64,000 nt of DNA from Octopus sinensis (Eukaryota), in assembly GCF_006345805.1 (NCBI RefSeq), contig NC_043008.1, positions 56,110,001 through 56,174,000 on the forward strand, given 5' to 3'. Below are positions 1 through 12,589 of the stretch, piece by piece. Numbering within the stretch: the stretch's first letter is position 1; each line of letters begins with the position of its first letter. The notes beneath the pieces are model-generated. The model did no database searches. It was not told the origin of the DNA and worked only from the letters and a program-made list of their open reading frames with translations. Position numbers and translations under genes: made by a program.

Positions 1-480
1 CTGTGTTGTGTGCTTTTTTTTTGTTTTTGTTGGTAGTTGCTTATTTGTTAGGCTGTTGTGTTTGGTGTTGTTGTTCTTGTTGTTGTTGACAATGATGATG
101 TCAATGATGATGATGTTGGTGTTGTTGTTGTTGTTCTACTTAATCAGTATTGAAATAACTCACTGCTACCACCACTACTACTACTGCTGCTGCTACTACA
201 ACAACTACAACAACAAGAATAATAACACAAGAATGACAAAATACAAAAGACAAAATAGTAAAACTAGGAGACCTAGCTTTTCAGGTTTTTTCTTTTGGTT
301 ATAACACTGCTGCTGCCACAGCCTCCACATCCTACTCCTCCTCCTCCTCCTCTCCACCATCACCACCACCACTACCACCACCATCACCACCACCACCACT
401 ACCACCACCACCATCATAATTTTCCTTCTCCTCCTTCTCATTACCATGTACTCATGCTCTCTTTCTCTCTCTCTCTCACA
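1..480. repeat. Compound trinucleotide microsatellites (GTT, ATG, CTA, CAA, CAC)
   Basis: Directly visible; accounts for the low-complexity ORFs at 8-606. Confidence 0.9.
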
Positions 481-1663
481 CACACAAACTTACCATGCAC
501 ACACATCACACATGCATGCTCATGTACGCGCGCACAGATACACACACACATACACACGTATACACACTTAATACTTATCAAGGCACTAGTACGGTTGCAC
601 AGTTAAAAAGCTTGCTTCACAATTTTATGGTTAGGGTGGGGGTCAGTCTCACAGCGTGGCACCATGGGAAAAGCAGGTGTCCTCGACTCTGTCCTTGGAG
701 CAACCAGAGACAGAGTAGATTGTCTCAAAGATCTATGGAATGTAAGTTCCCTTGCTTGAAAAAAAAATACTTAAGATAATATGAATTCTACTCGTAACAA
801 TATGAATTCTAAGTGTATCAGGTGCATTGGGGTAGCCATGTATCTCCTCCCCAGCAAGACATCTGTTCCTATCTCTCTATCATTCTATTCTTGCTTCTCA
901 GCGTCTGGCATAAGCTGCACCCATCAATACTACCTGTCCTATCTCACAATCAGAGGTTTTTGTCTTGTGGGATACTTGGTGGCCTTACTAGTTGCCAGTG
1001 ATGTGAAAAGGAACTCACTATACTCTGTAAAGTGGTTGGCTTTTAAAAAGACATCTTGCCATAGAAATCATGTTCAAACCGATATTGGAACTTGCCACAG
1101 TCCTCTGACCTGTCAGATCCTGCCAAACTGGGCAACCCTTTCCAGCATGGAATACAAATTCTAAATAATGAAGATACTGCTATGATGGCTCACGGGTTAA
1201 AAGAATTTGTGTGTCATTATTTGATGTCTCTTTTCTTTGGAATCCTTCAAGCTAGAGATTGGTCAAGTATATTGAGGGCACAGTTATTACATTGCATCAG
1301 TCATTGAATATAGAAGATAATATTTATCTCCTGATCTGCTAAAATTTGTTGCTTAACTTTTGGAAATTAGAGAGGCATCAATTAATGAATCATTTGACTC
1401 TATTAACTGTAATTAATGAGAAATTGAGATATTGACATTTGTGTTTTCCCAAGAATGTTGATGACCTAAATGACGTTGAAATACCTTCAACCAACGATCA
1501 AAATAAAGTCATGCTGATGACCTGTCGATCATTGCTTCACCATCACATATGCTTATGGTGTATACATGTTACTCCCTTTTACATGAAAGAACTGAAATGA
1601 CTTGACTATGTTATCATGTCATGGTAAAATATAGTACCAGTCAAGTATTGGGGTCTATATATG

Positions 1664-1892
1664 TTTCTTTACTACCCACAAGGGGCTAAACATAGAGTGG
1701 ACAAACAAGGACAGACAAACGAATTAAGTTGATTGCATCGACCCCAGCGCGTAACTGGTACTTATTTAATCGACACCGAAAGGATGAAAGACAAAGTGGA
1801 CCTCAGCGGATTTTGAACTCAGAACGTAACGGCAGACGAAATACGGCTACGCATTTCGCCCGGCGTGCTAATGTTTCTGCTAGCTTGCCGCC
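1664..1892 (-). mobile_element. tRNA-derived SINE, family B (ggcggcgagctggcagaa...tagtaaagaaa; Deu/Nin-like core gcctttcatcctttcggggtcg)
   Basis: ~230-bp element recurring at 12413-12536, 13790-13979, 32959-33185, 37549-37772, 40064-40273 (+), 46139-46365 and 61322-61550. Has a B-box-like gagttcaaattcc. Confidence 0.85.
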
Positions 1893-2099
1893 TTGGGGTC
1901 TATATAGTTGACTTTTCCTTCCTATTCTTTATGTGTGTGTCCCTGCCCTTGTGCCACTATAAGAAGCCAACTTCATTTTATTTAAATTTTACATTTTTAA
2001 TGAGGTTTAATGAGTTTGGCTCTTTCTACCTAGTAACCCAATTCTTGGTCCAGTTTCAGGGATGTACGCTCTTATATCATTCTGAAATGATAAACAATG

Positions 2100-2930
2100 C
2101 TGAAAATCCTTGTTAACAACAAAAAAAATAATGGGAACAGCAAAAGGCTCTCTACACATTTCCCTGACACACAAGTTGCTTTTTGTTGTAATTACTTCAG
2201 AATTCCCGTGTCATTACAGCCCTGTGTACCCTTGCAATTCCTTTTGTGCATCTCAGTTTCTGAACTCCTGCCCCCTGCTGTGGGTTTGTAAGTATTGGAT
2301 ATGTGTTGATGTGACAGGTGCATATACTGTATGTGTATATGGTAGATCACAGGAGCCTCTTATTATTTTGGTGTATATATTAGATTGGTTTGGAAGAAGG
2401 GCTTGGGTTTTTGGCTTTCATAGGCCCTCTGACGCTGGTGAAATCGATGTAATGACCCATCAGACAATTGTTGTTAAAATATGTACATGAAAGGAAATCC
2501 AGAGGGCTGGCATACTGGTTGGAAAGGCTGAGTATAGAGATAATTGCAGGACCCAGGGGTGATGGATGCAAAATATGACTGGGGAGTGACGGGGGTGGGG
2601 GTAATTGAGTTGGTAGTGCCTAAGTATAGGTGACATGAGTCCAGGAAGCTCCTAAGGGCAGAGGCCATCGTAGAAGTGGCAGAAAAGGCAGCGAGGACAC
2701 AGAAAGCCTGTGGGTCAGAGGCTGGAGTGTGTTTGTTAGTGACTTCATAGCAATCAGTTGACGACTTTTCATTGGATGGGAAGCGGGGGGGGGGTCTTTG
2801 ATGTCTGGGTGTGACAGTGGGACTGTCCAAAATGCAGGAGCAATACTCCATTGGGAGTCTCTCTTGAGCTTTGTAAGGGAGTTACTAGTTGTTGGAGGAG
2901 GGTGAAGTATTTTATTTTCTGGTACCAAAG
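2100..2930 (-). mobile_element. Possible decayed LINE endonuclease (APE-like) fragment
   Basis: Minus-strand fragments FCVLAAFSA (resembles xLGDFNA) and GHYIDFTSV (resembles the IDY motif). Heavily degenerate. Confidence 0.3.
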
Positions 2931-3399
2931 GGGCAAAGGGGAAGGCCCATTTCTAGATGTTGTCAGTCTTTGTTATGTTAAAGATGTGCATTTACTGGGA
3001 TGAATTCTCATAGTAGGTGAGACCTGGCATTTCTTTTGATCCTTCAACATGGCTGGCTCTCTCTCTCTCTCTCTCTCTCTCTTTATTTTTAGTAATCAAT
3101 TGTACTCTTTCCCTGAAATGTGTGGTATTGCTGTCTGTGTTATGTGATAGGTGGGTTACAATTGAGAAATTTAAATCAATGTGGATATGACAGACTTGGA
3201 GTTGACCAGAGCATGTTTTTGATGAGGGCGATTAAGTTAGGGAGTGAAAAAATTGATAACTGCAGTGCTATGTGGTATTGCCAGAATTTGAACTTGGACC
3301 TCTGTAATCAATCTACCAACAGTTCTTGTTACTTTGTGTGTGTTTGTTTTGTTTTGGTGTGTGTTTTTGTATATTTATGTAGCTTCACTGTCTCTCAGT

Positions 3400-3413
3400 A
3401 ATACCATACATAT

Positions 3414-3446
<33 letters not shown>

Positions 3447-3691
3447 ATTGTTCGTTTGTTTTCCACCTGCCTTCGTCTTTTGTTTGTTTTCATAAAGCTT
3501 CCCGTTATATATATATATATATATATATACATACATACATACACACACACATACATACACACATACATACACACATACATACACACGCACACACATACAT
3601 ACATACTTACATACATATATATGTGTATATGTATATATATATATATACACACACACATATCCACACACACACATACATACTTACATACATA

Positions 3692-3753
<62 letters not shown>

Positions 3754-3788
3754 TATGCACACACATATACATACATACATACATATGT

Positions 3789-3834
<46 letters not shown>

Positions 3835-3835
3835 T
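3400..3835. repeat. (TA)n/(CA)n/(TACA)n compound microsatellite
   Basis: Directly visible; source of the YIYI/HTHT ORFs. Similar tracts occur throughout the window. Confidence 0.95.
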
Positions 3836-4507
3836 TTCTAATGTGTAATAACACCAAAACACACACACAAAAAAACTTAGTGCTGTTATAGAGTGGATGT
3901 GTGCTTGTGTATTAAATGGTACTGTAAGTTAGTTCTTCATCCCATACTGGAGTTTCACAAAGCAGTCTTACTGGTGAAACTGTGCAGTAATGGATGAATA
4001 ACCTACCAGCACACACACACATCCACACACACACACACAGAGTTTAATACATACATATATCACATATCTTTAACCATAGCATTCATTGTTCAATGTTTTA
4101 TTTAAAACTGTCAGCTTGTTCAGAAACAGTTTTGAATGTTAAACCTCTGACAGCCTTTTGTCACTGTTGTACTTTAGTGTTGTTAATTAGATTTTTGGTC
4201 ATACTTTTGGACATTATTAGTCTTGTAAACTAATCTTACAGAGGTAATATTGCTATTTTTGTGTTGCAAATTAGACAGTTTTTGCAGTGGTTTTGTTGTA
4301 TTTCACTGTTGTAAATAAGTTTTTCCTTGTTCTGTAGTGCTGTTGTATTTTAGTGTTGTAAATTGGAAAGTCTTTCTCTGTCGTATGGGACTCTTCCATG
4401 TCTAGTCTCCCTAATGTCTTGAATTCTTAATAAAAATATAGTCATTATACATATTTCGCTTTCTGTATATCTGTGTGTATGCATATATGTATGTATATAT
4501 GTATCTG

Positions 4508-4544
<37 letters not shown>

Positions 4545-4571
4545 ATGTGTGTATGTATAAGTCTGTATATA

Positions 4572-5849
4572 CAGGCTGCGATGGGTAAATTGTCGCTGTT
4601 TTTTATTTTGCACATTGTTTGTTTTTGATTTTGTTGACCACACAGCATAGTAGGGTCAGTTGGGCACCATCTGTGAGAAAAACAGCACCATGACGCAATT
4701 CACTCTGCCAGAAATTTGGAAACGACATACTGTACTGCTTGGCATTCGCGCTGGAAGCTTCAATACAAACATTTCAGCATGTTTAGGTGTGAATCTGAGG
4801 ATAGTGCAGAGGATTCAGAAAGAATTGGATGAATCTAATGGTGATTACAAAGGTATGGCAGCTCAGAAAACTCACTGATTGTTCTGATAAGAAAAGAACT
4901 CCTGAATTTGCTGGTGAGATCCAAGCCATGGTTGACAATGATCCCGCCAAGTCAATCAGGTCCATTGTCAAGAACATGGGAGTGTCTGGGTTTCTTATCA
5001 GGCAGGTAGTGCATGAAGCCATTCAGTATTCCTCATACAAGATAAGAAAGTGCCAATTTTTATCCCAAGCCATCAAGGACGAGGAAAGACATCACTATGA
5101 AGCTTTTGAACTAACTTGAGCATTCCTTACAACCGAACATGCTTTGGTTATTCTCACACGAGAAAAATTTCTGCCAGGATCAAATAGTGAACACATAGAG
5201 CAACCATTGGTTTGCCATGTCCCCAAAACATGTACCGGGAGTGATAAAAATCAAACATCATGGTGTTTGGTGTGTTCACTAGTGATGGCGATGTTAGGCC
5301 TTCATTCATCTTCCCACAGGGTCTCAGACTCAACACGGAGACCTACATCAAGTGTCTGCAGGAGTTAGTGCTGCCCTGGGTGAAGAGGGTGGCTGTTGGA
5401 AGACACTATGTCTGGCAACAGGACTCTGCACCATGCCTTACAAGCAGAAGAACCCAGTGATGGCTGTCAGACAATTCCTGAAACCACATCACCCCTAACA
5501 TCTGGTCACCTAACTCCCCAGACTTGCAACCCCCTTGATTATTGTGTGTGGGGCACAGTTGAGTGAGAGACCAACAAAACCCCTTGTAACACCAAAGATG
5601 AACTGAAGACAAGGATTATAGCAGCAGTCACCAACTTAAACAAGGAGGCTTTCCAGAAGTGTTGCAGAAGATTCCAAAGTCATCTTGAAACCATGGTTGA
5701 AGCCAGTGGTGATTTTATTGAATAAATTTACTCTTTAATATTTCAAGATATTTTTTATGTAATTTTGGTAAATATATCTATTAAAACGAGGTGTCAATAT
5801 TATTTTCATTTTTGCATAATTTAGACGACAATTTATTCACCGCACCCTG
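4572..5849 (+). mobile_element. Near full-length decayed Tc1/mariner-superfamily transposon, maT (DD37D) type
   Basis: Imperfect TIRs (caggctgcgatgggtaaattgtcg versus the reverse complement of the right end, cagggtgcggtgaataaattgtcg) with TA on both sides. Transposase remnants include WQQDSAP...IWSPNSPD(C)NPLDY, with 37 residues between the last two Asp after removing a 1-nt insertion. Several stops and frameshifts. Confidence 0.88.
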
Positions 5850-6304
5850 TATATATATATATCTGTATGTGTATACATGTTTTATATATATGTAGATGTG
5901 TGTATATATATATATATATGATTATGTTTTTTTTTGTACATTGTTGCAGTCTGTAAAAGAAAAATAGTAATTTAGCCCCATTTATGCTCTTATATATGTA
6001 TATATGTATATATATGAACATATGTGTGTTTGCATGGATGTATTTAAATATTTTTAACAGATTATTTAAATCAATGAAAAAAAAAGTTTAAACATGATTA
6101 TAATTCCGGTTGACCAAAAAAAGAAACAAAAAAAAAAAACAATCCTTTCAAGATACATTATATAGACACTGTTGTTTTTATGTCTTCTAAATGTCATTTA
6201 ATTGTCTACTTAAATGTGTTGGGGTTTTAATTACTCGTTACTCCACTTCTCAACAGGAAAAACAAGTGTACGAAATCCAAGTACAGACAAAGTGTTGTAA
6301 GTTG

Positions 6305-6500
6305 ATCTTTTCTTTTTCTTTTTCTTTCTTTTTCTTTTTCTTTCTTTTTCTTTTTCTTTCTTTTTCTTTTTCTTTCTTTTTTCTTTTTCTTTCTTTTTTC
6401 TTTTTCTTTCTTTTTCTTTTTCTTTTTCGTCTTTTTCTTTTTCTTTCTTTTTCTTTCTTTTTTCTTTTTCTTTTTTTCTTTTTTTCTTTCGTTTTTATTT
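6305..6500. repeat. (TTTTTC)n polypyrimidine tract
   Basis: Directly visible. Confidence 0.9.
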
Positions 6501-6608
6501 CATGATTTGTTTTTTAAATTTCATAATCCGGTTGCATAACCCAGTGGTTTGGGCGTTGGACTCGTGATCATAAGTTTGTCGGTTCAATTCCTGGACTGGG
6601 CGTTGCAC

Positions 6609-6644
<36 letters not shown>

Positions 6645-6681
6645 CGTGTGTGTGTGAGAGTGAGTGAGTGTGTGTGAGTGA

Positions 6682-6712
<31 letters not shown>

Positions 6713-7375
6713 GTGAGTGAGTGAGTGAGTTGTGTGTGTGAGTGAGTGTGTGTGTATGAATGTGTGTGTGTGTGTATGAATGTGTGAGTGAGTGTGAGTG
6801 TATGAATGTGTGTGTGTGTGTGTGTTCTTGAGAACGGGGTGCTGTGGGTTCACATTCCTCTGGCTGGCTTAACTGAAAATTAATTCCAGTCTACTGACAG
6901 CATGGGCATGAGACGGCTTGGCACAGCCATACTGGTGCTGCCACCTATCAGGTGTAACTGAGTTGAGGGTTTCTCTCACTCTCTCCCATCCTGCCCCTCT
7001 CTCTCTCTTCCTCTTTTCTCTCTCTTTCCCACCCTCTCCCTTTTTTTCTCTGTTTATCTATGTGAGCAGATTTCTCTTGATATATTTTAGAAGGGGGAAA
7101 GTGTTTATATCAGTTGTATTCAATTAATAAACTGTAATGTGTGTGTGTGTGTATCTCTCTCTCTGTTTACATTTGTGAGCATATTTCTCTGTAAGTGTTT
7201 GAGGAGAGGGAAAGCATTTACGTTAATCGTGTTCAATTACTCTTTCTCTCGCCTTCTCGGTCTCTGTCTGTTTATGTGTGTGAGTATGTTTCACTTTATG
7301 CATTTGAAGAGATGGAAGGTGTTTATGGCAATCGTATTCAATTAATAAATTGTAATCTGTCTGTTTGACTGTCTG

Positions 7376-7413
<38 letters not shown>

Positions 7414-7478
7414 CTTACGTGTATGACAAGAGGGTAAGTGTTTAAATCAGTTATGTTCTGTTAATAAATTGTAATATC

Positions 7479-7517
<39 letters not shown>

Positions 7518-9420
7518 TCCTACTCTCTCTCTCTCTCTCTCTCTCTCCTTTCCTCCCTCTCTCTGTTTCTCTTTCAACCTGTCTTTTGTATGCGCATATT
7601 TCTGCATGCATGTGCAATGGTGTATTTACCTCCTGAGCCAAAAAGTACTGTTGCCAAAATAGGTTGAATGCCCAGTCAGCCATGCCAAATCATCAGTGCC
7701 TAAAATGCAGTGCCCTATTGTCTCATCCCATGCTGTCACAAGGCTTTCTCTCACTAGCTGTCACATCCTGGATGTGCCCTTGGATCAAGAGTAGAAAGGT
7801 AAAAAGAGCACCTGTGTCCCCTAGCATCAAAAAACACAATTAGTGAAAGCATGATACACCCTACTAACAGTTCTCATGGTACTTGTGGGTCTATTCTTCC
7901 CACATTGGTCGGATGGATGTGGTTGGGGTTAAGGGTCTGCAAAAGCAGCCCAGTGCACAAAGAGGGAATTCTAGACGGGTACTAGAAGGGTACACACATG
8001 ATAGGAGGATGAGCATCTTGAACAAGAAACAAAGTTGACATTAGATTATAGGTCATTAGATTGTAGGTCTGCTCCTGTAGGTTTGACCTGGTGTTAAGTA
8101 ACAACAACAACAACAATGTGACACTATTTAAGAAGACACCATGTCTAAGAGCCACAACATTGAACATGACACAACTTATTACCGACAAATTTAATTGGTT
8201 ATTAAGATGATTAATTTGTCTATTTGTTGAATTTGGGTTTTCACTTTCTTTTCTTTCTGTATTTTGAGATCTCTCTCTTAATAGCAATTAGCGGTTTCTC
8301 TAAAAAAAACCCCAAAAAAACCCATGAGTTTATGTGGCTAGGCACTTGATAAATTGATATTAACTATATTCTATTTCAGTTCTGAGGATCAAATTCCAAT
8401 GTTTGTTGGCTTGTTTTTGTTTTGTTGCTCCCCACTTTATACCCTATGGTCTTTCGGATACTATTCTCCAAAATAAAACCATTTAAACTAATTCAAATCC
8501 ATTTACTGTATTATATTATCACACTTGAGCTCTCGCTTAAAAATGAATATTTCACTGTTATATGATCTGGTTCCACTTTCACAAGCGCTTCAGGGCAACC
8601 TTGAAGCAACACTTCACTCAGTCATCTCTTGTTTCTCTCTTTGTATTCAGTGTCATCTAGGATTAGTAACACCAAAACCTTGTATATTTGTAACAACCCA
8701 CAATAGTTGTTTGCCCATAGTTATACTGACAATATTATTCTAAACTCTGTTAGTTGTTTAAAAACATCTTCATGCCATTGCTTCCAAAGTTCTTTCTAAT
8801 ATGTCTCAAACCATAAAATCAGCACTGTTACTACATTTTCCCTCCAATATTCTTTTATTTGTTTCAGTCATTTGACTGCAGCCATGCTGGAGCACTGCCT
8901 TTAGTCGAAGAAACTGACTGAAGGACTTATTCCTTTTAAGCCTGGTACTTATTCTATTGGTCTCTTTTACTGAACTGCCCTTCCTAACGCCAACCACTCC
9001 AAGAGTGTAGTGGGTGCTTTTACGTGCTACCAGCACAGAAGCCAGTCCAGCGGCACTGGCAACGACCCCTCTCAAATGTGTGTGTGGTGTGTGTGTGTGT
9101 GTGTGTACGTATCTGTGTTTCTTCCCCACCACCACTTCACAACTGATGTTGGTGTGTTTACATCCTCATAACTTAGCGGTTTGGCAAAAAGAGACAAGTC
9201 CTAGGCTTAAGAAATAAGGCCTGGGGGTAAATTTGTTCGACTAAAATCCTTCAAGGTTGTGCTCCTGCATGGCCGCAGTCAAATGACTGAAACAGGTCAA
9301 AGAACAAACTCCTTTAAATCTTTTTCCTTACTAATATTAACAGGAGTTCTTACACTGCAATGATATTGTGACATTTAAAGTTTCTTTTGTTGATCATCTT
9401 TCCTTGTTATCTATCTTCAG

Positions 9421-9528
9421 AGCTACAGAGATGTCCGGACGTTGAAGACGATTGCAACACGTACTATGATTGGAGGTGGAAGGTTTCCTTTCAAAAAGCA
9501 ACCCCCAAGTGTCAGTGCTCAATTTCAG
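9421..9528 (+). CDS. Myo9: Myosin IX exon: end of the class IX loop-2 insertion (SYRDVRTLKTIATRTMIGGGRFPFKKQPPSVSAQFQ)
   Basis: Acceptor tatcttcag| and donor |gtatga; 108 nt, phase 0/0. KKQPPSVSAQFQ matches the class IX KKxPPSISAQFQ motif. Joins in frame to the next exon. Confidence 0.9.
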
Positions 9529-9879
9529 GTATGATTCACCAATTAATTATATCATCTGTTGTTTTATGTTTTATAAAATCTCTGTTGAAATGCTGCTGAG
9601 AATGCTTTTCTATAGATTGCAGTATATTTTAAAGGTATGAATGAATACAGGTGTGCTGTATTTTCTGGTATACAACTCAATTTAGTATATAGTATAAACA
9701 TGTAGTGTTAACATGTAGTGTAAACATTCAAACGTTGTTTCTATATTTCCAAATTTTGCAGCATTTCAGATGGAGTTTTTGGTCCTCTAAAGTCGACCTA
9801 CGATTTTTTTTAGCTGTGAATTTTGATCCAAAAATTCAACTTTGATTCTGGAAAATACAGTAGATGTGTTATAAGAGTT

Positions 9880-10315
9880 AGAGTTCCTGTTGAGGCAAGT
9901 GAAATCGAAATCAAATTCAATGACGGGGTATCTGTGCTAGTGGAGCACTAAGAGTACCATCTGAGTGTGATCGTTGCCAGAGCAACAAACTGGCTTCTGT
10001 GCCAGTGGCACATAAAAAGCACCATTTGAACAAGATCATTACCTGTGTCACCTTACTGGCACTTGTGCAGGTGGCACATAAAAAGCACCATTTGAGCGTA
10101 GCCATTGCCAGTACCGTCTGACTGGCCCTCATGCCGGTGACACGTAAAAGCACCCACTACACTCTCGGAGTGGTTGGCATTTGGAAGAGCATCCAGCTGT
10201 AGAAACTTTGCCAGATCAGATTGGAGCTTGGTGCAGCCATCTGGTTCGCCAGACCTCAGTCAAATCGTCCAACCCATGCTAGCATGGAAAGCGGACATTA
10301 AACGATGATGATGAT
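9880..10315 (+). mobile_element. SINE family C with RTE-like 3' tail (gtggcacgtaaaagcaccc...ccaacccatgctagcatggaaagcggac-(gat)n)
   Basis: Recurs at 14835-15043, 18485-18792, 19790-19995 (-), 20225-20622, 24455-24625 (-), 42060-42540, 48445-48657, 48770-48880 and 53905-54040. Ends in a (GAT)n tail. Confidence 0.8.
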
Positions 10316-11228
10316 GTGTTATAAAGTTAGCTGTGCAGCCAATTAGTGCTGCATAACACCTTAGACCCATCACCTTAAGCTCAAATAATAATGTTGAGTG
10401 AAATTTGGTGGATAGAAGCTGCAGACACCTGACTGGTGTGTGCGTGCGCCAGTGTAGGATGAAGGGAGTTGATGTGTAAAAAAAAAACAAAAAAACATTC
10501 TGTACTGATTAGTGACTTAGTTATCTCCCTTCGTGCCAAAGTCTCCTTGCTTTTCCATTTCTTATTAAAACAAACAAACAAAATAAAATCTCACCAAATT
10601 GAGTGTTGGGTTCAATAGAATTTACTAAAACACTTTGGAAACATGGGTGTTTTGTTCATCATCCTTAAACAACCCTTATTCAGGGGCCTTTTGAGCAAGG
10701 TGGGATACTCAACCTGGAGAAAATTCTGACTGGGCCCTACCTGCAAGGTCATGTGATGTTTATCTTGTCCCAGTATGGCTGCAGTCGGTTGACTGAAACC
10801 AATAAGGGAAGGGCAACTAATAGAATCCTGACAAAAATGTCTGAGAACACTTCTCCTTAGAGTGTGTATAAACACACATATACACACTCACGCATGCATG
10901 TTTATATTTATTTATATATATATATATGTGAATAAAAAAAATGGAGTTTAATGCAGGTGTAAATCAAATATTTTTACTTTCGACACATGTTTCGAAAATT
11001 CCACTGATACTATTCAAAAGAATAAATTATTCAAAATATTCCACGTAAACACGAAGTTTCTACCTTTATAAACAAGGAGTTACAACATCTTTACTTGTGA
11101 GATTTTTGCTACCCTGGTAACTATTTATTTATTTTTTCCGTGTTAATTATTAACAAGGTAAAAATACACTCATCTATTTATAATATATATATATATATAT
11201 ATGTATATCTTTCTACTTTCTCCTGCAG

Positions 11229-11309
11229 TGGTCCCTCTCCAGGCTGATGGAAACTCTAAGTCAAGGCAACCCATTCTTTGTACGTTGTATCAAGTCTAAT
11301 TCTGAAAAG
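11229..11309 (+). CDS. Myo9: Myosin IX exon: motor domain (WSLSRLMETLSQGNPFFVRCIKSNSEK)
   Basis: cctgcag| ... |gtacgt; 81 nt, phase 0/0. Contains the canonical myosin LMxTL...PxFVRCIKxN motif. Confidence 0.96.
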
Positions 11310-11589
11310 GTACGTGGCTATTTATATATATTTTAATTATTTATTTTTTGTACTTCTAACATTAGCTGTCCCTTTACGGATTTTAACAGTAGTGGCAGTG
11401 AGGATGATAATGGATGATGTTGATAACGATAAAGGTACTGATGGCTGTGGTGATGATGATGATGATGATGACGATGATGATAAAAGTAGTGATGTGTGTC
11501 ATGATGATGGTGATAGTGCTGCTGATGTTGATAGTTGCAAAAGTAGTGATGATGATGACGATGCTGATGGTAATGATGCTGGTGATTGT

Positions 11590-12180
11590 GGTGAGCATAG
11601 TGATGGTGTTGATGATGATGATAGGTTGTGATGATGGTGGTGATGGTGGTGAGCATAGTGATGGTGATGATGATAATGATAGGTTGTGATGGTAATGATG
11701 GTGGTGATGGTGGTGAGCATAGTGATGGTGATGATGATGATGATGATGATAGGTTGTGATGATGGTGATGGTGGTGAGCATAGCGATGGTGATGATGATG
11801 ATGATGATGATAGGTTGTGATGATGGTGATGGTGGTGAGCATAGCGATGGTGATGATGATGATGATAGGTTGTGATGGTAGTGATGGTGGTGAGCATAGT
11901 GATGGTGATGATGATGATGATGATGATAGGTTGTGATGATGGTGATGGTGGTGAGCATAGCGATGGTGATGATGATGATGATAGGTTGTGATGGTAGTGA
12001 TGGTGGTGAGCATAGTGATGGTGATGATGATGATGATGATGATAGGTTGTGATGATGGTGATGGTGGTGAGCATAGCGATGGTGATGATGATGATGATGA
12101 TGATAGGTTGTGATGATGGTGATGGTGGTGAGCATAGTGATGGTGATGATGATGATGATGATGATAGGTTGTGATGATGG
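11590..12180. repeat. ~55-65-bp minisatellite (ggtggtgagcatag[t/c]gatggt(gat)n-ataggttgt), 10 copies
   Basis: The gagcatag motif occurs 10 times, each followed by ataggttgt. Confidence 0.9.
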
Positions 12181-12244
12181 TGTTGTTAATTTATCATTTG
12201 TTCCATTCCTGTTGCTGATTTCTTTTGTCGTTTCCATTCCTCAG

Positions 12245-12355
12245 GCTCCTTGTCAGTTTGATGATGACCTAGTTCTACGTCAGCTCCACTACACAGGCAT
12301 GTTGGCTACCGTGAAGATTAGACAATCTGGATACAACTACCGACTCACATTTGAT
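12245..12355 (+). CDS. Myo9: Myosin IX exon: SH2/SH1 helix region ([37 protein letters not shown])
   Basis: ttcctcag| ... |gtaagt; 111 nt, phase 0/0. Matches the class IX pattern LRQLRYTGMLETVRIRQSGY. Confidence 0.96.
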
Positions 12356-12541
12356 GTAAGTCTTATTCTCCACTTCCTCCTCCTCCTCCTCCTTTCCCTC
12401 ATTGCCAGGTGAGCTGTTCAGCTGGTTCTTATTTTATTGACCCCAAAAAGATGAAAGACAAAGCCGACTTGGTGGAATTTGAACTCAAAACATAAGGATG
12501 AACGAAATGTTGTTAGGCATTTTGCCCAGCTGGCCACATTA

Positions 12542-12577
<36 letters not shown>

Positions 12578-12589
12578 TTAATATTAATA

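Noticed and set aside
1092-1307. ORF PAKLGNPFQHGIQILNNED as a possible upstream Myo9 exon
   Set aside because: The sequence is a decayed family C SINE tail (caaccc...ccagcatggaa...aaatgatga); no convincing splice sites.
3375-3891. Stacks of YIYI/HTHT/VCVC ORFs here and at many other (TA)/(CA) tracts
   Set aside because: Dinucleotide microsatellites lack stop codons in several frames; no coding signal.
11590-12180. CRISPR-like appearance of a repeated motif with variable spacers
   Set aside because: The spacers are (GAT)n length variants, not unique sequences; eukaryotic intron with no cas genes.
11278-12237. Long His/Ile/Asp-rich ORFs (up to 284 aa) on both strands
   Set aside because: They are translations of the (GAT/GGT) minisatellite lying inside a well-defined Myo9 intron.
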